A stretch of DNA of 44,244 nucleotides from Betaproteobacteria bacterium (GTDB taxonomy: Bacteria; Pseudomonadota; Gammaproteobacteria; Burkholderiales; SG8-41): the NCBI GenBank assembly GCA_016202565.1, contig JACQOK010000349.1:1-44244 (forward strand), in the 5' to 3' direction. Positions 28,601 to 35,740 of this stretch are shown here, in pieces (positions within the stretch are counted from its first letter, which is position 1; the number at the start of each line of letters is the position of its first letter). The translations under genes and the position numbers were made by a program. Under the pieces are notes generated by a model, which was not told where the DNA came from, made no database searches, and saw nothing but the letters and a program-made list of their open reading frames with translations.

Positions 28601-29618
28601 ATTCGAGGTGGAGCGGAGCGCTGAAATGCGCGCCCCAGAAGTTCAAGGCGTCCTCGATCGGCTCAACGGTGAAGTTCGAGGCGATGACGAGCCTTGTCGC
28701 CGCCGTCTTTCCGGCAGTGTCGGGGCGGTCGAGACAGGTGAATGCGACCCCCGCCAGTTCCAGATACCGCCTGCCCGAGTCGTCGAAGGCCCGAACGCTG
28801 CCGACAAAATTCTTTCGATCACCGTCGCCGTCCTGAACCAGGGTAGCGTGCGCCCACAGCGTATCAGGCAAATTGCCATCCGACAGCTCGGCTTTCTCGA
28901 TCGACTGCAGCACGAAGGTCCTGCCGTCCTCGATGAAGAAGGACCCGAGGAGTTGCGTCACGGAATCGAGCACGGTCGGATGCAAGCCAGCGGGTTCGGT
29001 TTCCCCGTGCTGCCGCGCCCCGGAAAGCAGCCCCAGGGATTGGCCGCCCATCCTCCAGACCGAGGAAATCCTTTGAAAGGCCGGCCCGTAGTGATTGCCG
29101 TTTTCGCGCAGCATCCGGTAGAAGCGCTCCGCGTCGATCGCGGCATGCGACTGCGCCCGGAAGGCCTCGATGGAAAACGCATCGGTGCCTGCCGCTGCGG
29201 CGAACGACGGGGGCTTGCGCTCGATCTCGAGCCGCGCGGCATACTGCCGCTCGGGTATCCCGGTGCTCCCTCGATCGACTTCCGCTTCATAGAACGTGTA
29301 TTCCACGCGTCCGCCGTCGTGATCCCTCGCCTCGACCCTCATGTCGATGTCTTCTGCCCCAAGAATGATGGGCCGGCGAAAGATCACGTTCCGCACCACG
29401 CCCGGAACGCGCCGAGCGAGCCTGTGATCCACGCGCCGCGCCATTTCGATGTAGAACGAACCGGGCAGAACGACCATGTCCTGAAAACCATGATCCGCCA
29501 GATAGGGCAACGAATGCAGGCCGACCCTGAATTCCGCGCAGGTCGCTCCCGGCCGATCCGTGGAGTGCATCACCGGCCCGATCATGATGGAGGGAGTTTC
29601 AGGCGTCGTCGTGCTCAT
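25680..29618 (-). CDS. Multidomain loading protein: PKS-type DH, FkbH N-lobe interrupted by an FkbM-type methyltransferase, HAD (FkbH) core, GNAT-like domain, carrier domain
   Basis: DH (about 29546-28734) has LADHGFQDMVVLP and LDSVTQ. FkbH N-lobe part 1 (about 28697-28485) has VIASNFTVEP..QIFQQLLD. MT (about 28421-27645) has VLDIGANIGLFSLF, IYAFEP and IDLLKIDAEKSE. FkbH N-lobe part 2 lies at about 27572-27234. HAD (about 27233-26784) has VLDCDNTLW, CSKNN and FIDDNP. The GNAT-like end (about 26696-26289) has FRTNQFNFT. The T domain (about 26006-25779) has FFEAGGTSL. Confidence 0.9.
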   Translation of the reverse strand: MSTTTPETPSIMIGPVMHSTDRPGATCAEFRVGLHSLPYLADHGFQDMVVLPGSFYIEMARRVDHRLARRVPGVVRNVIFRRPIILGAEDIDMRVEARDHDGGRVEYTFYEAEVDRGSTGIPERQYAARLEIERKPPSFAAAAGTDAFSIEAFRAQSHAAIDAERFYRMLRENGNHYGPAFQRISSVWRMGGQSLGLLSGARQHGETEPAGLHPTVLDSVTQLLGSFFIEDGRTFVLQSIEKAELSDGNLPDTLWAHATLVQDGDGDRKNFVGSVRAFDDSGRRYLELAGVAFTCLDRPDTAGKTAATRLVIASNFTVEPIEDALNFWGAHFSAPLHLEFAPFDQIFQQLLDGESALRRNRDGVNVILLALEEWAAADRHAGMTLTRERADQCFGGRSRHVLPNGLEIAHLNHYETDYLYREIFEDQCYLRHGIRLHDGATVLDIGANIGLFSLFVTSRCKDPKIYAFEPAPAAYDLLRVNCEAYGANVRAANVGVSDRSKSATLTFYEKSSVFSGFYADETRDREAIQAVVRNTLNSETSVDGESVEQYVAELTADRLRRTTHECRMTSVSEIIRENRIDRIDLLKIDAEKSELDIINGIDERDWPKIAQIAMEIHDPAGEAVKRIEGLLAAKGYRCAVERERLLEHSGLFNLYATRNGAAVDTGLGHAGLGQARRAAGGLQRNVRDFCTALAAFMKQATAPLILCVCPTTPSVDADADLKAALSDAERILLAEAGALPNVRAIGSALPLQRYPVRDYYDPHSHRLGRIPYSTECYAAIGTALFRTLFSLRRKPFKVIVLDCDNTLWKGVCGEDGALGVEVSAAYRKLQEFMIGQMNAGMLLCLCSKNNEDDVLEVFDQRSDMVLKREHLVSWRINWNSKSDNVKSLAAELGLGLDSFIFIDDNPVDCADVRINCPGVLALQLPRDSESFPAFLDHVWAFDHSDATEEDRKRTRMYQENAQRQRFREKNCSLKAFIEELELRIDIAEAAEDQLGRVSQLTFRTNQFNFTTVRRSEKEIGDFLKREHTTGLAVCVADRFGDYGLVGVVLYETRADRYRVDTFLLSCRVLGKGVEHAILSQLGQRALRENKRYVELAYRRTEKNAPVREFIKSIGEQDLDETAGSWIVAAERAAGVEYAPDEAARGGGGEAPAAAEPDTRPHVSRFGAAALSERLQTLAERLCTIEGLTRAIEEWRLEKELPGAGQDVVSGTALETALLNIWRTILGRPRIGLNDNFFEAGGTSLRAVQLIATIKKELKQTLSIVSLFECPTVRLLAAKLGAASADAHAGTETAVAALRGQRRRNNAMRQHAS

Positions 29619-30360
29619 TCATCGCGTCCGTCAGACGACGGCAGGGCAGCGAGCGCACGGTAATTCGCTCGGGGTCAGCCATTGGGCCGTGAACACGCTG
29701 TACGACGAGGGCGCCGGTCAGGCCAGGGCCGGGCACGAAGCCATGAAGCGCCCAGCCGCACCGGTCTCCCGGCGTGCTGTCAACGCGCAGGATGCAGGCG
29801 GGCATACCCGGAGCAAGGGAAACGTCGAAGCGACCAAGCCCATGGCTCAGGCCAGCGCCGAGCGCCTTGACGAAGGCCTCCTTGCGCGTCCAGCAGTTGA
29901 AGAACCCGAGCGGCCTGTCGCGCGGAGCGAGCGCGAGATACGCGGCGTTCTCCCGGGGGGAGAACGCGTGTGCTGCGATTTCGTCGGCGCCGGGGATCAC
30001 GCGCACAGCTTCGATGTCCACTCCGATCTCGCGTGCCGGCGAAAAGGCGTAAACGGCGACATCATCGCAGTGAGAGACGTTGAACTGCAGTCCGGAATGT
30101 GCCAAAGCTCCTCCGAGCGCAGGCTTGCCGCGCCGTCCGTACGTCAGCTCCACCGAGCCCGGCCGAACTCCCAGCCGCATCCCGAGCAACTGGCGCAGTC
30201 GCGCGCGCGCGACAGTAAATCGGCAGCGATCGCGATCCAATGCAAAGCGCCTCGCGCGCTCTCGCTCTTCCGCCGAAAGCAGGGCGGCCGACGCGCCGAC
30301 GGTATCGGGGCCTACGTCGATTCGGGTCACCACGACCTCGATTGCGCTGTCATCCGCCAT
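29599..30360 (-). CDS. Sfp-type 4'-phosphopantetheinyl transferase
   Basis: Motifs are RGKPAL, FNVSHC, IGVDIE and WTRKEAFVKALG. Its 3' end overlaps the loader start by 20 nt. Confidence 0.9.
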   Translation of the reverse strand: MADDSAIEVVVTRIDVGPDTVGASAALLSAEERERARRFALDRDRCRFTVARARLRQLLGMRLGVRPGSVELTYGRRGKPALGGALAHSGLQFNVSHCDDVAVYAFSPAREIGVDIEAVRVIPGADEIAAHAFSPRENAAYLALAPRDRPLGFFNCWTRKEAFVKALGAGLSHGLGRFDVSLAPGMPACILRVDSTPGDRCGWALHGFVPGPGLTGALVVQRVHGPMADPERITVRSLPCRRLTDAMNEHDDA

Positions 30361-30839
30361 GGGGTTTTTCCGCTCTCAGGTTCGGCCTGCGCCATTGCGC
30401 CATGAAGCGTAGGTCGGTACGTTTACATACGCCTGTTCGCCATCGGATTGCCCCATGCGCCAAAGGGGCTATGTCAAAGGGAGTTTCAGCAATGCCGTAT
30501 CTCGAACCCTGGACTGCAAGCTCTCTTACCGGATCGACGACCACACCGATCCGTGGATGCGCATGAGCCGGATGGCTCAGCGTTTCACCGGCTGGCAACC
30601 CCGTCGCTTCTTCATGCGTGTCTAAGATCGCCTCGTTGTCGCGCCAGGACAACAAGCTGAGGATTTCTGGATGCCCACCTCCGCGTTTCATCACGGTCAC
30701 AGCGCTTCCGGCACCGTCGGCAAAGTTACCGATTCCGCGGCGCTGGTTGCCGTGGCGGATGAGTGGATCGCCGTCAGCCGGCTCGCCATCACCGGCCGCA
30801 CGGTTCGCGCCGCTGATGTGTTGAAAACTGGAGTGCGCC

Positions 30840-31118
30840 TTGAGGACGGTCGATGAGCTGCCGGATCTCGCCCTATACGACGAGATCATTACGATTTTCG
30901 TGGAATGCCTGCATATGACAGTACCATCGCTCGAGGCTGATCTGCTTGCAAGCGGCGTGCTCGATTCTCTGGCGCTGGTCGATCTGCTGTTCCAGCTCGA
31001 GACCCGATATGGTATTCGGATTTCCCCCGCAACACTGGACTTCGACGATTTTCGCTCCATCGCGCAGATTGCGGCGTTCGTCGCCCGCGAGCGGAATTCC
31101 GCCAGGATAGGCGAATGA
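30840..31118 (+). CDS. Small acyl/peptidyl carrier protein (92 aa)
   Basis: The motif LLASGVLDSLALVDLLFQLE is DSL-type with a candidate Ppant serine. The start is apparently TTG. Its TGA overlaps the ATG of the next gene (ATGA at 31115-31118). Confidence 0.7.
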   Translation: MRTVDELPDLALYDEIITIFVECLHMTVPSLEADLLASGVLDSLALVDLLFQLETRYGIRISPATLDFDDFRSIAQIAAFVARERNSARIGE

Positions 31119-32197
31119 CCGAGGCCCTTTCCACCACGTCCCCTTCAATCGCTCCGCAAACAGCCGAACGCCCGGAGTATCGCGGCGCCTTCTCCGGCGC
31201 GATCCTGAACATCGATACGGCCGCTGAGGCCGCGCGCATCGCCGCAGCCATCCGAAAGCAAGTGTGGGAGACGCTGCGCCGCCGCGGTGTCGTCGTCGGA
31301 TTGTCAGGGGGCATCGACAGCTCGGTGGTCGCTGCGTTGTGCGTCCGCGCCCTCGGTAAGGACAAGGTGCTGGGCCTGATGATGCCCGAACATCATTCAG
31401 CCGGCGATTCGCTCCGATTAGGACGCGCAGTGGCCGAAGTGCTCGGTATCGAGACACTGGTCGAGGACATCACCCCTGCGCTGGAGGGCGCGGGCTGTTA
31501 CCGCCGACAGGAGGCGGCGATCCGCAGCGTCGTCGCGCAATACGGGATCAAGTGGAAATGCAAACTCGTGCTGCCGTCGCTACTGGAAGGCGAGCGCTTG
31601 AACGTGATGCGACTCACCGTGCAGCAACCCGGCGGTCGGAGGTTCACAGTGCGGCTTACGGCTGAGGCCTATCTACAGCTCGTGGCGGCCACCAATTACA
31701 AGCAACGTGTCCGCAAGATGACCGAGTACTACCATGCCGACCGGCTGCACTACGCGGTGGCAGGCACGCCCAACCGCCTCGAGTACGACCAGGGATTCTT
31801 CGTGAAGCAGGGTGACGGGGCGGCGGATATCAAGCCGATCGCGCACCTGTACAAGACCCAGGTGTACCAACTCGCCGCGCATCTGGACATCCCGCAAGAA
31901 ATCCGTGCACGGCCTTCGACCACCGACACCTATTCGATGGAGCAGACCCAGGAGGAATTCTATTTCGCCCTCCCCTATCACCACATGGATCTTTGCCTGT
32001 ATGCCTACAATCACCAGGTTCCGGCAGCGGTGGTGGCTGCCGAGCTGGGCCTCGCGCTCGAGCAGGTCCAGCGAGTCTACCGGGATATCGAAGCGAAGCG
32101 GCGCGCCACGCGCTACCTGCATACCGCCTCGCTGCTGGTTGATCCGGTGAATGAGGTCGACCCGTCATGTGCGGTATTGCCGGCATCGTCGATCTGA
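31115..32197 (+). CDS. nadE: NadE-family PP-loop ATP pyrophosphatase (NAD+ synthetase-like amidoligase paralogue)
   Basis: The PP-loop is VVVGLSGGIDSSVVAAL. Other motifs are VLGLMMPE, KQGDGAADIKPIAHLYKTQVYQLAAHLDIPQEI and RPSTTD. The symbol denotes the family only, since the context argues against housekeeping NadE. Confidence 0.8.
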   Translation: MTEALSTTSPSIAPQTAERPEYRGAFSGAILNIDTAAEAARIAAAIRKQVWETLRRRGVVVGLSGGIDSSVVAALCVRALGKDKVLGLMMPEHHSAGDSLRLGRAVAEVLGIETLVEDITPALEGAGCYRRQEAAIRSVVAQYGIKWKCKLVLPSLLEGERLNVMRLTVQQPGGRRFTVRLTAEAYLQLVAATNYKQRVRKMTEYYHADRLHYAVAGTPNRLEYDQGFFVKQGDGAADIKPIAHLYKTQVYQLAAHLDIPQEIRARPSTTDTYSMEQTQEEFYFALPYHHMDLCLYAYNHQVPAAVVAAELGLALEQVQRVYRDIEAKRRATRYLHTASLLVDPVNEVDPSCAVLPASSI

Positions 32198-34218
32198 CCA
32201 GCGCTCGGCACGGGCCCTCACGCGAGGCGCTGCTGCGCATGGCGGGCGCGCTGCATCATCGCGGGCCGGACGAATTCGGGATATACCGGGCGCCGGGCGC
32301 GGGTCTCGCTCATGCGAGGCTTTCGATCATCGATCTCTCCACCGGCCAGCAGCCCCTGGCCAACGAGGACGGCACGCTGTGGATCGTGTTCAACGGTGAA
32401 ATTTTCAACTACGTTGAGCTGCGTGCGGTCCTCGAGCGGCTTGGACACCGCTTTCGGACCCGCAGCGACACCGAAGTCATCGTGCACGCCTACGAAGCGT
32501 GGGGCAACGATGCCTTTGAGCGTATGGACGGACAGTGGGCGGTCGCACTGTGGGACGAGCGCGAACAGCGCCTGGTGCTGAGCCGCGACCGCTTCGGCAT
32601 CGCTCCGCTTCACCTTTGCGTGCATCGGGAGCGGCTGTATTTTGCGAGCGAAGTTAAAGCCATTTTTGCGGCCGACGCCTCCATACCGCGCGCGTTCGAT
32701 CCGCTGGGTCTCGAACAGACGTTTACGTTCTGGACCGCGGTGCCACGGCAAAGCGTATTTCACGGAATCGAGGAACTTCGTCCGGGACACGTGCGCGTAT
32801 ATCAGAACGGCAGCGTGCGCGAGACCGCCTACTGGACGCCGTGCTATCACGAACTGTCGGGAGGAGCACGCCGGTTCAATGGGACCGTGGATGATGCCGC
32901 ATTCGCAGTGAGGGAAGCACTCGAGCAGGCCGTGCGGTTGCGCACGCTGCGCGCTGACGTGCCGGTAGGCAGCTATCTGTCCGGCGGACTGGACAGTTCG
33001 CTCGTTGCCGCCCTCGGCAGGCGCTTCGCCGGGAGCACGTTCCAGACCTTTTCACTGCGCTTCACCGATGCCGAGTACGACGAAACCGGCTTTCAGCGCC
33101 TGATGGCCGGCCGGCTGGGAAGCCAACACCACGAGGTGACGGTCACCCGCAGCGACATCGCCGCTGTGTTTCCGCAGGTCGTCTACCATACCGAGCGTCC
33201 GATCCTGCGCACGGCACCCGCACCGTTGTTCCTGCTGTCCAGACTCGTCCGCCGGCAGGGCATCAAGGTGGTGCTCACCGGCGAGGGGGCGGACGAAATG
33301 TTCGCCGGCTACGATGTGTTTCGCGAAGCCAAGGTGCGGCGCTTCTGGGCACGCTTTCCGGAGAGCCGGCTGCGCCCGCGCGCGCTCGAGCGGCTCTATC
33401 CCTACCTCGCCCGTTCGCCGGTGTCGACCCAGGCACTCGCGCGCCATTTCTTCGGGCGCAATCTTGCCGACCACCAGGCCCCGGGCTTCGGGCACGGCCC
33501 GCGCTGGCACACCACTGGCTTGCTGAAGCGCCTCTTCAGCGATCGCATGCGCCACGCCGTGAACGGCCACGACGTCATCGCGGACTTCCTCTGCACGCTG
33601 CCCGAAGAGTTCCGGTGCTGGAGCCGCCTCGCGCAGGACCAGTACATCGAGATCCGCACGCTGCTCAGCGGCTACCTTCTCTCCTCGCAGGGCGACCGCA
33701 TGCTGATGGCGCATTCGATCGAAGGGCGGTTCCCGTTCCTGGACAGAGACGTGGTCGCGCTCGCCGATTCGCTGCCCGCCGAATACAAGCTGCGCGTGCT
33801 CGACGAAAAGCATGTGCTGAAACGAACATCCCGGGGCCTTGTCCCCGATGAGATCGTGCAGCGGAAGAAGCAGCCGTACCGCGCCCCGGACGCGCTCGCG
33901 TTCGTGGGCCGGAACCCGCCCGAATACCTCGAAGAAATGCTGGACGGGAAAAATGTGGCAGAGGCCGGCGTGTTCGATCCCGCAGCCGTCGCACGCTTGT
34001 GGCGCAAGTGCAAAGCGCGCGCGAACGACGGCCAGTTTTCCAACACCGACAACATGGCGGTGACCGGTGTACTCTCAACGCAGCTGGTTTATCACCATTA
34101 CATCCGCCACCGTCCGGCATTCGACTCTCCGGCCGTGCTTTGCACCGATATCGACCATTGCCAGATTTCGACCACGTACCATGCAAGCGATACACGACGC
34201 CGTACCGTTGCTTCATGA
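32167..34218 (+). CDS. asnB: Asparagine synthase family glutamine amidotransferase (EPS-locus type)
   Basis: Motifs are MCGIAGIV (Cys2 Ntn nucleophile), RGPD, SIIDLS..QP and the PP-loop VGSYLSGGLDSSLVAAL. It overlaps the previous gene by 31 nt and the next by 38 nt. Confidence 0.95.
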   Translation: MCGIAGIVDLTSARHGPSREALLRMAGALHHRGPDEFGIYRAPGAGLAHARLSIIDLSTGQQPLANEDGTLWIVFNGEIFNYVELRAVLERLGHRFRTRSDTEVIVHAYEAWGNDAFERMDGQWAVALWDEREQRLVLSRDRFGIAPLHLCVHRERLYFASEVKAIFAADASIPRAFDPLGLEQTFTFWTAVPRQSVFHGIEELRPGHVRVYQNGSVRETAYWTPCYHELSGGARRFNGTVDDAAFAVREALEQAVRLRTLRADVPVGSYLSGGLDSSLVAALGRRFAGSTFQTFSLRFTDAEYDETGFQRLMAGRLGSQHHEVTVTRSDIAAVFPQVVYHTERPILRTAPAPLFLLSRLVRRQGIKVVLTGEGADEMFAGYDVFREAKVRRFWARFPESRLRPRALERLYPYLARSPVSTQALARHFFGRNLADHQAPGFGHGPRWHTTGLLKRLFSDRMRHAVNGHDVIADFLCTLPEEFRCWSRLAQDQYIEIRTLLSGYLLSSQGDRMLMAHSIEGRFPFLDRDVVALADSLPAEYKLRVLDEKHVLKRTSRGLVPDEIVQRKKQPYRAPDALAFVGRNPPEYLEEMLDGKNVAEAGVFDPAAVARLWRKCKARANDGQFSNTDNMAVTGVLSTQLVYHHYIRHRPAFDSPAVLCTDIDHCQISTTYHASDTRRRTVAS

Positions 34219-35737
34219 CTATCTGAGCCACTCGGCGCGCCGACTTGGAGACAAGGTTGCGCTGGTCTGCATGAAGCGCCGCGTGACTTATCGCGAGATC
34301 GAGGAATCCGCGAACGCGCTCGCCCATGCATTGATCGGCCGCGGCGTGGGGCACGGCGACCGCGTGATCGTATTAGCCGACAACACCGTGGAGACGGTGA
34401 TCGCGTTCTGGGCCGTACTCAAGGCGAGCGCCGTCGTCTCGATCGTCAATCCGTCCACCAAGCGCGAAAAGCTGCAATATCTCATCGACGACTGCCGGCC
34501 GGCGGCCCTGATTACCGAAGCGCGTCTGCGCGACGTATGGTTGCTGCCATCGCAATCCCGGCATGTCAGGACCGTGATCGTTTCCGGCGACCTGGGAGAC
34601 GAAATGGCGGGGAACGCTCGCCTCCTGCGCTGGGACGCGCTCGCGCCAGGCGCTCGCAACGTCATCCCTGCCCGCAGGAACATCGACATCGACCTCGCGG
34701 CCATCATCTATACCTCCGGTTCCACCGGCGAGCCGAAGGGCGTGATGCTCACCCATCGCAACATGCTCACCGCCGCCACGTCGATCGCGCAGTATCTCGA
34801 AGTGACTGAAGACGAAGTCATTTTGAACGTGCTGCCGCTGTCCTTCGATTACGGCCTCTATCAGATGATCATGGCCTTCCGGGAGGGGGCGCGGCTGGTG
34901 CTTGAAAGCTCCTTCGCTTTCCCCGCGCAGACGCTGCGGCTGATGGTCGAGGAGGGTGTCACCGGATTTCCAGGCGTGCCGACCATTTTTGCGACGCTTG
35001 CAGAGATGAAGTCGTTGAAGGATTACGACCTATCGCGCATCCGCTACGTTACCAATACAGCCGCCGCACTTCCGGCCAGGCATATCGTTGCGCTCAAGGA
35101 ATTGTTTGCGGGTGCACGGATCTTCTCGATGTATGGACTGACCGAGTGCAAGCGCTGCACCTATCTGCCGCCGCAGGACCTGGAGCGCAAACCCGGGAGT
35201 GTCGGCATTCCCATCCCGAACACCGAGATGTGGATAGTCGACGAAACCGGTCGCAAAGTGCCGCCCAACACCGTAGGCCAGCTGGTGATCCGCGGCGCCA
35301 CGGTCATGCAGGGCTACTGGGAAAAGCCCGAAGCCACCGCCGCAGCATTGAAGCCAGGCCCCCTTTCTGGCGAGCGGGTGCTCTACACCGGCGACTATTG
35401 CCGGATGGATGAGGAAGGCTATCTCTACTTTGTTGGACGCATGGATGACATCATCAAGTCGCGCGGCGAAAAAGTGGCGCCCAAGGAAATCGAGGGGGTG
35501 CTGTCGAACATCAACGGCGTCAAGGAGGCGGCCGTCATCGGCGTACCGGACCCGGTGCTGGGACAGGCCATCAAGGCATTCGTGGTGCTCGAGCGTGGCG
35601 TCACCCTGACCGAGAAGGACGTACAGCGGTATTGCCAGGCGAGGCTCGAGAGCTACGCCCTTCCCAAGTACATCGAGTTCGTGTCCGACCTGCCGAAGAC
35701 ATCAACGGGCAAGATCAGAAAGGTCGGGTTGTCCTGA
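34181..35737 (+). CDS. AMP-forming acyl-CoA/acyl-carrier ligase
   Basis: Track ORF 34067..35737 is trimmed to ATG 34181 (MQAIHDAVPLLHDYL). Motifs are IIYTSGSTGEPKGV, YGLTE, YTGDYCRMDEEGYLYFVGRMDDIIKSRGEKV and TSTGKIRK. Confidence 0.9.
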   Translation: MQAIHDAVPLLHDYLSHSARRLGDKVALVCMKRRVTYREIEESANALAHALIGRGVGHGDRVIVLADNTVETVIAFWAVLKASAVVSIVNPSTKREKLQYLIDDCRPAALITEARLRDVWLLPSQSRHVRTVIVSGDLGDEMAGNARLLRWDALAPGARNVIPARRNIDIDLAAIIYTSGSTGEPKGVMLTHRNMLTAATSIAQYLEVTEDEVILNVLPLSFDYGLYQMIMAFREGARLVLESSFAFPAQTLRLMVEEGVTGFPGVPTIFATLAEMKSLKDYDLSRIRYVTNTAAALPARHIVALKELFAGARIFSMYGLTECKRCTYLPPQDLERKPGSVGIPIPNTEMWIVDETGRKVPPNTVGQLVIRGATVMQGYWEKPEATAAALKPGPLSGERVLYTGDYCRMDEEGYLYFVGRMDDIIKSRGEKVAPKEIEGVLSNINGVKEAAVIGVPDPVLGQAIKAFVVLERGVTLTEKDVQRYCQARLESYALPKYIEFVSDLPKTSTGKIRKVGLS

Positions 35738-35740
35738 ACG

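Noticed and set aside
915-29663. Many very long ORFs lie antisense to, or out of frame with, the called genes. Examples are 915..2990(-), 3820..5352(-), 7135..8160(+), 12766..14631(+), 14683..16038(+), 16089..18800(+), 19395..20783(+), 20777..22528(+), 22660..24057(+), 23844..25118(+), 24887..25828(+), 26538..27674(+) and 27675..29663(+). Similar ones lie further right: 38069..38980(-), 40850..41704(-) and 42794..43615(+).
   Set aside because: These are typical high-GC shadow ORFs. Their translations are Arg/Pro/Gly/Ala-rich with no recognisable motif. In every case the opposite or alternative frame carries a full set of family motifs.
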